Assembly (NCBI GenBank): GCA_001244265.2
Contig: CDLV01000004.1
Coordinates: forward strand, 248,001 to 312,000
DNA from: Microbotryum violaceum
Lineage: Eukaryota
Reading direction: 5' to 3'
DNA: 64,000 nt
Shown piece by piece: positions 29,752 to 58,750 of this stretch; position 1 is the stretch's first letter; each line of letters begins with the position of its first letter. A program made the position numbers and the translations under genes. The notes beneath the pieces are model-generated. The model worked only from the letters and a program-made list of their open reading frames with translations, did no database searches and was not told the origin of the DNA.

Positions 29752-32642
29752 CGAGAGCGTTCCGTTCCGGTTCCGCACAGTTTTCCGCCCGACCCTGCCT
29801 TTGCCAAATCCACATCGACGACTCAGTCCACCTCCAGGAGATCAGGGCAAAATGATTGCGTTGGACAAACGTCTCCACCCCAGCCAACACCCGATGTCAA
29901 CTCTATCCCGCAGCGGCGACCTCACAGTCCGGAACCTCCGGAAGCGCGTTCAGTTCGCGCACGGCGACATCCACCCGCCGCACAGTCACCGATTGCACTG
30001 CGTCCACTGCCGGGAGCCTACCCTCGACACGACTTGGGTGCAATGGATCTTCTGTATCGGAAGTGTAGCGCCTTCTACTGGGACTTTGAACGCTTGGGAG
30101 GACGGGACACTCCAGTATTCAGGGCATGTTCATAGCAAAAAAGGTGGATATTTTGAGGATGGCTTTGGGACGGGGCCGGGACGGGGCCGGGACGGCCGGG
30201 ACGGCCGTGGGATGGCCAAGGGATGGTTGCCATCCTGGGATGACCGTGGACGATCACGCGATCACGGCGCAATACCAGAGTTGGACGCCTTAACTCTGCG
30301 ACCATCCCGGGACCGTCCCAGCGACAGGCGCACCAATGCTGGGACCGTCCGGGGACCATCCCGGGACCCGCGCCGATCCTGGATGGTCCAGGAATTGACG
30401 GCGGTCTGGGCACGGTGCTGGGACGGCGCGGGGATAGTCCTGGGTCCCAGGGGTCCCAGGATGATCCCGAGATGGTGCCAGGATAGTTGTGGTATCGATT
30501 AGTAGACAATTTAATTTTTAATACTCGTAATGCTTGATTCATTTGTAATCACTTTTGCGGTCGTCCTTTCGCTGTAATCGGGTGCGGTTTTCACATGCAA
30601 TACAGTACAAGGCTAAACAAAAAACGCAATATGACATCTGCTACTCAAACCTGCTCTAGACGCGCATACAAGGCACCTACCGGACGTGGTGGCTGCGCCC
30701 GATGACGGCCAACGCTTCATTCTGTCTGGGGCCAATAGAGCGTGTCAATGGCCTGCTCTATGTTTGGGACTTTAGTACTAATAGTTAGCAAGTAGCCGAG
30801 AGAGAGCGATTGTCCCAGACCGGCTGCTATGGTAAGCTGTCGGGGACATTGTCAGTGAACCGCGAGCGAGTCAGCTGAGCCCCTGACTCCAAGGCTCTGA
30901 TGTCGAAAAGCGACCGAGCGGCTCGAAGATGAAACGGCGGCGACTCACGTTGGGCCATGAAATGCATTTGTATGATTGGTGTTCTGTACGAAACTAGTTG
31001 ATGGTCAGTGTATGGCCTTGAGCCGTCAACAGCCTGGCGGAGGCGTAGGAGGCTCACAATGGTGTCCAAACGAATCTAACTACGACAGAGATGGGGAATT
31101 GACAAACCTCAGCACGAACATCAGCAAAGCTGGAAGCGACAAAGGAGGGAAGAAGAGCTTCAAACGAGGTCGGAGGTGTGGGACGAGAGGGAGAGACTAA
31201 CCCGAATCGGCACAGGGGCTAGCCAGTCAGCCCATTTGGGGAAGGAACGTAAAGCCCACCAGAGAGCAAGTCAGCTAGGCAAAGTATTGGATAGAAGATT
31301 CGATAAGCGGAGAGTGAAGCATATCACACACTGTACAGTCAAGAGTGGAATGGCAACGGGCGGGAGTGCGTAGACAGGAGAAGTCCCGCACGTTGAGACA
31401 GGAGAACCGTGCACAACAAGGGTGACGACGCTCCGGACGGTGGGTCGGGGAGCCCGTAAGGACCTTGTCGTTTGCTACTCACCTGATGACTCGGTTGTTC
31501 AACCCGTGCCGGTGGGTTTGACGAGTGGTGGAAACCAAGTGAGGGTAGTAGCAGCATGCAGACGAGGTCAAGTCGAGTCAGGTCGACCATGAACGTGGCC
31601 CGTCGGTCGCACCATCAAATCGCCCGTACCAAACATGCCCATGGCAAGAGAGTACGAAGGCAATAATAGTCCTTCAATATGAGTCGAGGCTAACTGGTGA
31701 GTAAGGGTCAGCGGACGTCGCCTCGCCGATGATGACTGGGGACCCTCTTGCGACTGGGTGAGCGAGCGCGTGAGTGGAGCAGAGGCAAGGACTGTTAAGA
31801 CCGACTCGCGTCGGCTGTCTTGTCGTGTCTCGGCCTTTCTCCTCCTTTCTCGGCTCGCCCCTGCTCATGCTGGACCCAACCCCGCCTCAACTGCGGCCGT
31901 CGTAATTCACGGCAATTGCAATCCATATCTTTCATCTGTACTGCGTGTTGAAAGAGGATTCGGCGCATGCATCTCTTGAAGGTGCCTTCACTTTTGGTGT
32001 ACTGGTTAAGGCGACCAGGATGGTTTTGCAACACTGCGCATGCATACCGAGCCGTCCTTTGGACCCAAGGGGTAGAATTTCTGCACATGCTACACAAGCC
32101 CTACATCATGCCTCTAACTAGCCGGAAGCCTATGTATTCTGGTACACAGTCAGCACCATCCCGGAATTACCTCCTACTCCCAGTACCATGGGCGATTACA
32201 CCAGAGTTCCAGAACTATACCCGGACTGGCAACCTAGCGCCGCCGGGACCGTCCCGAGATCATTCCAGCGTCCGACTTTCAATTCTGAGACCGTCCTGAA
32301 ATTCCTTCCCGATCCTGGGATGGTCCCAAGAGGGCGAGCGCGTGCCGGGATCGTCCTAGAATTGAGCGCCGAGCGCCGGGATGGTGCTGGGATGGCGCCG
32401 GGATCGTCTCGGCAGAGCGCGCATTACCAAAGCCATACCCGAAATACCCCCGTACTTTGCTATGTTGCAACGACGGCAAGGTGGAGCTGCCGATGATCAA
32501 AGCTCGGAACTTCTGTCCAGTCCTGCAAAAACTCCCGAAAACATAGATGAAAGCAGCGTAGAACCGTAGCCATCTGCAACAATGTAACAGAACTGCTGAT
32601 TTTCAATGTGAGGTGGCGCGCGGAGCGCGCCGCCGAACCTAA
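29752..32642 (+). mobile_element. Helitron-1 internally deleted copy with Rep-helicase N-terminal zinc-finger remnant and 3' end
   Basis: After removing the 30131-32464 insert it reads RHDLGAMDLL(Y)RKCSAFYWDFERLGGRDTPVFRACCNDGKVELP (Helitron N-terminal motif); 3' hairpin 32612-32634, then CTAA (mutated CTAG) 32639-32642. Confidence 0.85.
30131..32464. mobile_element. 2.3-kb non-autonomous TIR element (CATAGCAAA family)
   Basis: Imperfect TIR CATAGCAAA...TTTGCTATG, GC-rich subterminal CCGGGA/GGATGG repeats, 2-bp TSD TT confirmed by frame restoration (A-C-C-N-D); no transposase recognised. Confidence 0.85.
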
Positions 32643-33150
32643 TTACTACCTTACTACCTCTATATGTATAAAAAAGGTCGATCCGCGACCCATGTACCTA
32701 AAATCGCTGTTTTGGACTGTGTTGCGGCCCTCTGGGCCGCCTATAGTGAATGTACCAGTACAGTATTGGGTCTGCCGCACCTGCCTGTGATATTGGCGTC
32801 CCGACCAGAAGTCATGTACGACCCTTTCCGCATTTTCTGCACCATGAAAGTCGTGCTACAGCTCGAGGACAATTTTCGTTGATTTTTGGCGGGGAGCCCA
32901 GCTATTGAGCAGTTTGTGTAGGATTTAATGTATAGCAAGCGCGTGGGATTACATGACACTTCTTCTACAGAGCTCAGGCGTGGTCTCGCTGTCGTTGACG
33001 CGCGGACGCGGCCGCCGCTACGCTGCATGCGGGATGCCCCGCCGATCACGTGACGTATTTCTGGCACCCCGATACCCCGTGTCCTCTTGGCCACAAGGCG
33101 TGACCCAGGAGCACGATGCCATGATCTCCTGGATGAATTTATCTGTTTCT
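32643..33150 (+). mobile_element. Helitron-2 5' region, short non-autonomous copy
   Basis: Homologous to ~58760-59130 (ATGTACCTA.AATCGCTGTTTTT, TCTGCCGCACCTGCCTGTG, CAGAAGTCATGTAC); right end uncertain. Confidence 0.65.
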
Positions 33151-33410
33151 AGAATTGCCAAATGATATAAATAAACGAGTAACCAAAGCGCTACATGTGT
33201 ACACATTCTGTGCCGATTCCTCCTCCGCCATAACCTTCTTCAACGTCCTCGTCCCGACCTTCCCACTACCTCTCAAGCACAGTGCCACGACCACCGAACC
33301 CGCGAACGAAAAAGCCGCACACGTCCAAAAGGCCGCTCTCAGCCCCGGGAGAGAGGGTCCGTGCGCGCGAGCCTGAATCGGCGCGTCAAATCCTTGCGCC
33401 GAAAAGACCA
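33139..33410 (-). pseudogene. C-terminal fragment of an MFS (DHA2-like) transporter
   Basis: GLRAAFWTCAAFSFAGSVVVALCLRGSGKVG resembles the last TM helix of fungal MFS efflux pumps; the rest of the gene is absent. Confidence 0.6.
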
Positions 33411-33698
33411 TCCGCGTATTGCGGACAGGAGCCGACCTGACTCTACCTGACTCAGACTCTCTACTGCATCGCACCCGTGTGAGTCACATGGAGGACGCAG
33501 TGTGACCCAACACGGTGACTAACCCATGCTCGTTCCCTTTCGTCCGTTCCCCTTCCGCCTCTCGATCACTACTTGGTGGTCCTTTGTCGATCACCCCCAC
33601 GCGCGCCTGCGACTGCGACTGTGCGGCCCCACTTTTGGACGCGCAGTACGCTCCTTTATTACACAAACACCACCGTCGCACAAGCACCGTCGCACGAC

Positions 33699-35019
33699 AT
33701 GTCTTCACCGACCCAGACCACGCACACGCACATGCGAGGCTCATCGCAGTCGTCGTCGTTCCATGCACCACCACCACCCCCGCCTTCATCGTCACGTCAT
33801 TCGCACTCGCAGTCGAATTCGCACTCGCACTCGCGATCAGGCTCGTCCTCGCTCACGCCGTCGATGCTCGCTTTGTTGCAATCCTCCACACCGTCTTTGA
33901 CGAACCAACCCAACACGACGCGCATCCTCAAGCTCAGCAACTTTGACCCCTCCCTCAAGACGAGAGACATCCACCACTTCTTCGCCGAGTGGGAGGATGA
34001 GAGGGGTGGGTTTAGGATCAAGTGGGCTGATGACGTGACGTGCTGGATCGTCTTCACAGATCCCGTCACAGGTGAGTCGACCGATTTGGAGTAAATATTT
34101 TCCTACCCTCCATCTTGCTTGACGACGAAGCGGACCGCTTGCCACACTGCTGCCGACGGTCAGGCGCACGTCAGGCGCACGTCCTTCCTCACTCTCCTCT
34201 CGCTCCACCTGGTCTCCTGTTCCATCACGACCTTCATATACTCCAACGAAGCTAAACCGAAGAACCTTATATCTTTATGTGATCCTACAGCCAAACGAGC
34301 TTACCTCACCCTCCTGGGCAACCCCCCTGCTGCCCTTCAACCAACCAAAGAACACACCCCGTCGCTCACGCCTTACTCGGGTCCAGAAGCCAACTCGATC
34401 CTGGCAGCCGTCGCGAATCGACCTCGGTCCAGAAGTAACGCCGGGTCTGCGAACGGTGGCCACTCGAGGAAAGGCTCGTCGATGGGTAGCGGAAGTGGAT
34501 TTGCGCTCGGCGCAGGCGGACCACCGGTACCCCCACCTCCTACCAATATCGGCAATGGTACCGGCTTCGGCTCACGGGGTCGGAGTTCATCCTTCATTCG
34601 CTCAGATGGGCAGTCACTGCCACCATCTTCGACGATTCCCATGCCCGCCGGTGGGATGATAGGCTCGCCTTCGAGGTGGGGTAACGGCGATTCGAGTGGC
34701 GGGAGAACAACCCCGTCGGGGACGGGGGCGCCCCGTGCCAGTTCTGATGGACCGGATACCCACGACCCGTCGTTAAATAGTCCCAACCGCGGGGGGAGGA
34801 GCAGTCCAGAGGTGATGAGAAGGGCGATGGAAACAAGCGGAGGACCCTCATCGCCCCGGTATATGAAAGCGGGTCAGTCATGCCCTCATCATCTCACCTG
34901 GGTCACTTTACTGATGATCTATCTGTCTTGTTCGTTCTGTGACAGGAGTCGAAGTCGTAGCAAACGCGGTCGAAGGTCTAACAATCGACGAGGAAGGCGC
35001 GTCGGGTCGTGCTGCATGA
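33699..35019 (+). CDS. Host gene, 3 exons: RRM-like (R3HCC1/Thc1-type) domain with Ser/Gly/Pro-rich tails
   Basis: Exons 33699-34071, 34291-34872 and 34946-35019 splice in frame; motif RILKLSNFDPSLKTRDI...GFRIKWADDVTCWIVF..AKRAYL. Confidence 0.78.
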
Positions 35020-35611
35020 TCTGCAGTCCCATCAATGTGCATCGCCCCATCTTCTTCTCCCTCTTAAAATTCACGTACGATATATAATGTTACTTTTTTT
35101 CTTCTCTGCTCGTTTCCTGCACATGATAATATTCACGTCTGTTTTAAATTCGGTCGGATCTCCCCTCTCTCTTCAGTCTTCCGCGTATTTCCCTGTTTAT
35201 TGATTGTAAACAAGTTCCAGGCTATGCAGCAGCTCGCATTCCTTCATTTCTCCGGAAACATCATATTCTAATATGCTGCAGGTATATGTAACCCATCTTG
35301 CCGCGCTGTTCACGCAGGAGTAGGGCCTTCCGGACGGACACGCTCCTCGCGGCCCGAAAGGGACTGGCAGTAAAATTGTTCAAGTTGCGGTCGCAACGTC
35401 AGTCGGTGGCAGGTACTAGTTTAGTCACCATACTTCTCAGGGTCACAGTGATGGATCTGTCTGTTCTGGTACTGAGGCAGTTTCATGCTCTACAAGCCAG
35501 GCATTGCGGAGCGCCACGCTAGGCAGGGGTGGGCATCTACATTCAGGGTTCCCCATTAGATAAGATGATCTTGCAGATATTAGATATCTATCTAAAAAAA
35601 ATCGGGCTCTG

Positions 35612-36789
35612 AATAAGAGACTGACGAGCGTGTAATCCAACTGTGGAGAGAAGACAACGGTTGGTGCGCATCACCAGGCTTCTGTAATACCCCAGGCCCT
35701 TCACGACTAGGTTACACAGTCCAAAAGACTGACGATTTCAATAGAAGCATATTGAAATCAGAAGGGTAGTCAAATAGCGTAAGGCAACCGAGCCTTACAC
35801 CCGCCACCACAAGACTTAGAGATGCTCTAAGCATGATTAGACGAATCTCTAATGGCCCCACCGTTCATTCATTCATTTGTCACGGCCATTAGAGATCAAA
35901 TAACTAGGTCGGCCCAAGGGCTACACCTTGCGCCGGTCCTGCTCGGGCTTTTCTCCGCGGCTGGCAAAATAGCATCCTTCAAAAGCCCGAGCAGGACCGG
36001 CGCAAGGTGTAGCCCTTGGGCCGACCTAGTTATTTGATCTCTAATGGCCGTGACAAATGAATGAATGAACGGTGGGGCCATTAGAGATTCGTCTAATCAT
36101 GCTTAGAGCATCTCTAAGTCTTGTGGTGGCGGGTGTAAGGCTCGGTTGCCTTACGCTATTTGACTACCCTTCTGATTTCAATATGCTTCTATTGAAATCG
36201 TCAGTCTTTTGGACTGTGTAACCTAGTCGTGAAGGGCCTGTGGTATTACAGCTTCACTAAACAAACGCGCGCTTCTAATCAAATAACCGATAGCCGCCTT
36301 CCTGCTAATCCTCATTCACAACACATCAACCCGCCCCTTCACGCAATGAATCTATAAGCCCCATCGCGTGTACAAACTGATAGTGCTTCTGTGTCCCGAG
36401 CCCCTTGGTGAGGACGTCCGCAGCTATGGTGCCCGTGGGCACCCAGACCATCTCGATTGTGCCTTCCTCGATGTGGTCCCGGATGAAGTGAAAGTGAATG
36501 CCAATATGTTTGGTACAAGCATGGAAAGCCGGGTGCTTGGCCAGAGTGATGGCGGACTGGTTGTCACCCCGCAAACGAGTCGGAGCGGTCTGCTCGAAGC
36601 CAAGATCCGCAAGCAAACGACGTAACCAAATCCCCTCGCGAGCGGCGTATGACATGGCCACATACTCGGCCTCGGTACTGGAGAGGGTGACGAGAGTCTG
36701 TCGCTTGGCGATCCAAGAGATAGCCCCACCAGCGCACATGAACACGTAGCCCGAGACGCTCCGGCGAGTGACCGGGTCGGCGCCATGTT

Positions 36790-36796
<7 letters not shown>
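35612..36796 (-). mobile_element. Second Copia-C family copy: RNase H plus 3' LTR (35612-36331), 5'-truncated
   Basis: Near-identical to 19268-19880; LTR interrupted by the foldback element. Confidence 0.92.
35683..36250. mobile_element. 568-bp foldback element with TGT...ACA ends
   Basis: 270-bp arms 35683-35952 and 35981-36250 (one mismatch seen), 28-nt loop, 5-bp TSD GCTTC. Confidence 0.93.
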
Positions 36797-42459
<5,663 letters not shown>

Positions 42460-42544
42460 CCTTCGTCCGGCTCGTTCCTCCTATCTTTGCCCTTCGTGAT
42501 ACTCCCCCAGTAACCTCCAGCCCCCTCGGCCTCTGTTCCAGTAG

Positions 42545-47500
<4,956 letters not shown>

Positions 47501-47512
47501 ACCCGGGGGTGA

Positions 47513-47617
<105 letters not shown>

Positions 47618-47747
47618 TGATCACTTCCTTTGGCTTCAACTTGCTTCCATGAGTTTCTGTCGCTTTCCCTGGGCTTTCCTGCGACTACAAATAGGGCTTC
47701 TGTGTAGAAATTGCTCTTGTCTTCCTTCTGCAATCTTGATCTCATAG

Positions 47748-54068
<6,321 letters not shown>

Positions 54069-54889
54069 CTAGGTTCGACCTCACATTGAGAATCAGCACT
54101 TCTGTTACATTATTGCAGATGGCTACGGTTCTACGCTGCTTTATCTATGTTTTCGGGAATTCTTGCAGGACTGAACAAAAGTTCCGAGCTTCCGACACAG
54201 AAGATCCATTGCACCTAAGTCATGTCGAGGGTAGGCTCCCGGCAGTGGAAGCAGTGCAATCGGTGACTGTGCGGCGGGTAGATGTCGCCGTGCGCGAGCT
54301 GAACGCGCTCCCGGAGGTTCCGGACTGTAGGTCGTCGCTGCGGGATAGCGTTGGCATCGGGCGTTGGCCGGGGTGGAGGGGATTGTCCAACGCAATCATT
54401 TTGGGATCTCCTGGAGGTGGACTGATTCTTCGTGATTTGGCAAAGGCATGGTTGGGCGGAAAACTGTGCGGGACCGGACCGGAACGCTCTCGCTCGAGCC
54501 TTCGTCGTTGCTGGCCTTCAGACCTCCGAGATGTCGTGTAACTATCAGTATTCTTGCTGTTGTCCATCTGTAGCAATGGCAGTAAAGACTCACATTTAGT
54601 GTGCCAATGACAAGGATTCTCAACCGTACAAAGTCGAGCAGCACCTCAACTTCCCCCAGAAGTCAGCATTCCATGAAGCAAGCGACCTGGGAATAACGGG
54701 AAGGCATTGCTTCGGTTCCCCTGTGATGTTACAGTCGAACCGGTCAGTTAATCATGCTGCCCTGCGCTTTGCTCTTGAAAGATTGGCACACACCTGCCAA
54801 CCACGGTCACTACACCGAACCGAGCCGTTGAAGATCTGCCACGGGATCTATACTGCATGCTGCACACATTTTTTGAATTATTCCCAACA

Positions 54890-55123
54890 CATAGCAAAAA
54901 CGGGGGTATTTCGGGTATGGCTTTGGGAGTGCGCGCTCTGCCGAGACGATCCCGGCGCCATCCCAGCACCATCCCGGCGCTCGGCGCTCAATTCTAGGAC
55001 GATCCTGGGATGGTCCCAAGAGGGCGAGCGCGTGCCGGGATGGTGCTGGGATGGCGCCGGGATCGTCTCGGCAGAGCGCGCACTCCCAAAGCCATACCCG
55101 AAATACCCCCGTTTTTTGCTATG
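54890..55123. mobile_element. 234-bp MITE, CATAGCAAA family
   Basis: ~85-bp inverted arms, both resembling the right end of 30131-32464; flanked by CA/CA. Confidence 0.88.
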
Positions 55124-55400
55124 CAATGCCTTCCCGTCATTCCCAAGTCTTCGCCTGCACAAATCGTCGACGCTTGCATCATAGAATGCTGACTTCTGGG
55201 GGGAAGTTGAGGTGCTGCATCTCTGTAAGTAGCAGTCCTTGCCTGCTTTTAGACCCTATACTAACAGCGGCACGGTGCAAGCGCAGACAAACATGCGGAC
55301 GTGGAACCGACCCGAACTATGCTCGAGACAAATCGGCCTCGAGCTCGCAACACCTGAAGGGGTCCTCGTGGAAGCTCTGCAACGAATACGGGATGACTTG

Positions 55401-55815
55401 GGAATAACGGGAAGGCATTGCTTCGGATTTCCTGTGATGTTACAGTCGAACCGGTTAGTTAGTCATGCTGCCCTGCGCTTTGCTTTTGAAAGATTGGCAC
55501 ATACCTGCCAACACGACGGTCACTCCACCGAACCGAGCCGTGGAATAACAGGAAGGCATTGCTTCGGATTTCCTGTGATGCTACAGTCGAACCGGTTAGT
55601 TAGTCATGCTGCCCTGCGCTTTGCTTTTGAAAGATTGGCACATACCTGCCAGCGCGATGGTCACCCCACTAAACCGAGCCGTGGAATAACAGGAAGGCAT
55701 TGCTTCGGAATTCCTGTGATGTTACAGTCCAACCGGTTAGTTAGTCATGCTGCCCTGCGCTTTGCTTTTGAAATATTGGCACATACCTGCCAACACGACG
55801 GTCACCCCACCGAAC
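55401..55815. repeat. Three tandem 141-bp repeats inside Helitron-1
   Basis: GGAATAAC.GGAAGGCATTGC recurs at 55401, 55542 and 55683. Confidence 0.92.
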
Positions 55816-56189
55816 CAAGACGTTGAGGATCTGCCACGGGATGGTGAGCCGCATTTCACGCAATCAGAGCCTGTTTTCTTGCGTGAATCGTTACAGCTAT
55901 TAATATTATTGCTGTTGTCCATCTGTAGCAATGGCAGTGAAGACTCACATTTAGTGTTCCTACTAGATAGACTAGATAAGTTTTAAGGATTTAAGGATAG
56001 AGTAAATCGATTCGGCGTCAGGCGGCGCAACGAGGGCGCGTGGCCTTGTACGACATTGATGAGTCGAAGAGGGGGTTTTGACGACATGGTGTTGGAGTGG
56101 TGAAGACCGTTTAGGACTTGCAAGTGCATGGAAGGAAGGAAAGAGAGAATCGGGTTGAACAGCCCTATTTATTCGTGGGCGCGGGCAAC

Positions 56190-57571
56190 GTCTACGAGAG
56201 GGCTGACATGGCTGGGGAACAGGAAGGGGGTGCGACCCAAATCCACTTCGAACCTACGACTTGAGCTGTAGATGCTTCCCTTTGATCAGTGGCATACACT
56301 TCAGCAGGAATGCTGCTCTGCCCGTCCAACTCACCATAGCAATTGTAATAAGGATCCATATGCGCCGGACTGAGCGTCCCCTTCGGTCCAAGCCACGCGT
56401 TCAGCACATACCCATCCTCATTTTTTGGCGACATACTCTGGACACTCCTTTGAACGTTCAGGCGGCGCGCTATACACAATATCGGGGATGAGGAGATCGT
56501 TCCTCAAATCGGGAATTTGTCGAAAGAGGTCATGTTGGGCGAGGTAATGGACGGGCTTTGGCAAGTTGTACCTCGACGTTACTTGGCCGTCACTGTGTAT
56601 GACTCGGGTCATTGGTCGATATTCGGACACCTCAAACACTGAATTCAAGACTTGTTCAAAAGGTAAGATCTCTTGCCGCCACTCCCGATCCGTATACTCC
56701 TTGCCGGCCTCGACAGGGACACACCGACCGACGCCGGCTTTCTCTTGTAGATACTTTTGATCGCACCAGAGTTCGTTTGCAGGCCAATCGAGGCTTCCTC
56801 CCGAGACGATGAAAGGTTCCTTGTGGTAAAGCTCGAGATAGGATTCGAAGGAGGGGAAACTACGGAGGCTTATGATTGGGTGGTCGACCATAGGTGAAGA
56901 AGGGATCCTTGGTCGAGCTTTGGCTTGTTCTTTTCGGTTGTCCTCGGAAAGTTTTCGCCTCTTCGCAGGGGACTGCCTCGGTTGATTGTCGTCCCTGACT
57001 TTGGTATACCTTTCTTGAATACGTTTAATGAGATCGAGTACGAGTTCATACCTCCCTTGCCCAGGAGTCCCAGCGACAATGATGACCAAATCCAACTGAC
57101 GAATCGTCTTGAGGAATCTCGAATTTTGCTCCTCCGGTGTCAAGTCGGTCATATAAGATACAACGGTCAGAATAGCTTGGAGTAGACTCGCATCCGTATG
57201 AAGTTGTCTCCAACAGGTCGGCACGTCCTTGTAGTGGTAGGAAAGGATCCTTTCATCTGCTAGACGGATGAGGGAAGAGGTGATCTGCTCAAGCTCGAGA
57301 TGTTGATCTTGAGGAACTTGAGGGGGATGACCGATGTAGAGAGGCTTGATGGAGTTGAAGAGTTGAAGCACTGCGGGACCGCAGGGGCGGAGGTCTGTAC
57401 ATGTGTGAACGAGAATTGTTAGTCAGGGCCGGGAGAGAAGGGAGTGAGGATTTGGCTTGAGAAGCTCTGAAGCAGGCGTGTGTAGTCAGTACGAGTCGTA
57501 CCTTGTTCGGCGGTCGAATAGATCTGTTGGATCATCTTGACATGCTCCTTATTGAGGTATGAACCATACAT
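56190..57571 (-). pseudogene. JmjC-domain (JMJD5/KDM8-like, cupin_8) gene, frameshifted and 3'-truncated
   Basis: GRCVPVEAGKEY, YLAQHDLFRQIPDLRNDLLIPD, NAWLGPKGTLSPAHMDPYYN, QVVGSKWI; frameshift in an A-run near 56421-56426; C-terminal JmjC part not found. Start approximate. Confidence 0.82.
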
Positions 57572-57782
57572 GGCTCCTTCGGCTTCTAGTGAGGCTCGGG
57601 AAGGGAGTGAAGTATTACCGAGGCGCTGTGGGGACGGGAAGGAGGAAGCTTCAACAGCGAACCCCCCGAGTCGAGTTTGAGTAAGAGGTCCGTGCGCCAA
57701 AGCGCTCGCCGTTTCGTCGCACGTGACCGCGTAAGCTGACTCGCTTTCTTTTCGTCTTCCTCGCCGTTCGCCGTTATCCGCC

Positions 57783-58461
57783 ATGGCCGACGCATCAATG
57801 GCGCGAACACCTCGATCAACCCCCAAACCGGATACTTTCCTCCAGTCCCGAATCCCGATCGATATCCGCTCTGGTCCATGGCATTACGTTCTGTTGGAGA
57901 TGTGAGTCCCTTCAGCTTCCGTCGCTTCGAGCGCGCTCACGGGGTCATTGACCCGGCCTCCCCTGTTGCTCCAGAATTCCAAGGTCTTCAAGCACCTCGT
58001 CTTCTTCAGCCCCAGCGGACGCGGTAACGTTGCACCAGATGATGCTCAAGACAATGAGCGAATGGTACGGTAGCGTAGGAGGTTCGACCACCAAATTCGA
58101 CGTACTCGATCTGAGGGCCTCGACCGAAGCAGGACCAGAAAAAGTGGAGGGAAATGTCCGACTTGGGATAGTGAGGGTTGATACTTGGTCAGTAGCTCCC
58201 ACTAGAAGTAATACGGCAAAGAGGAGCGAGCTTTTTGCTGACCTCCCCCTCATCTCGGGTCGAAAACTTGGCCTCTTTCACCAGCTCGGCGCATGCTCTA
58301 ATCACCTCAATCCCATTTGGGTCCATCAAGAAACAATTGTCGGATACAGATGCACCATCATACCAAGTGCACGTGCTCGCTCATTCGGGGATTTGTCCAT
58401 GATTGTGAAGCGTATGCAGAGGAGGCGACAAAAGATGCCTTGGGAACTTGTTGAGGCGTAA
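57783..58461 (+). CDS. Small spliced gene, probable RNase P/MRP Pop8/Rpp14-like subunit; possible 1-bp frameshift near 58390
   Basis: Exons about 57783-57901, 57975-58187 and 58285-58461; DAVTLHQMMLKTMSEWYGSVGG..FDVL..IVRV..YQVHVLAHSG(D)L pattern. Family assigned by recall only. Confidence 0.5.
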
Positions 58462-58750
58462 AAGTTGGGAGTCTAAGACTAGGAAGGATAAGATTCTGTT
58501 GTTGTAATGACTATAAACGTAAAATTCTCAAAAGAGGGCCTGTCCTCGGCTTGAACCCCAAAGATTACTTTCTGGCCTCGAGGGCGACGCCCCGCTTAGC
58601 AGATCGGCAGGTCCGTTAACCCGGCCAAATGAGCTCCCTCGCGCGGGCGAGTTAAGGCAGCTTTTCTGTTTTTTTGGCCCAGTTGGAGGTTGGTACAGGT
58701 CGGGTGCACCAATGCCCTCCCCACCCCATCCCACCCCGGCGCAGTGCACC

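Larger units (their letters stand above)
54069..56001 (-). mobile_element. Helitron-1 non-autonomous unit (TC...CTAG), internally rearranged
   Basis: 5' TCTATCCTTAAA at 56001; 3' CTAG 54072-54069 joined directly to the next copy's TC. Confidence 0.82.

Noticed and set aside
30064-32499. TG...CA insertion (LTR-like)
   Set aside because: The flanking parts encode the Helitron zinc-finger motif; the true insert is the CAT-ended 30131-32464.
35852-36081. Mirror-image 61-aa ORFs as genes
   Set aside because: Artefact of the palindrome; no recognisable motif.
55239-55826. 195-aa repeat protein ORF
   Set aside because: Product of 141-bp tandem repeats, antisense to the Helitron; no coding evidence.
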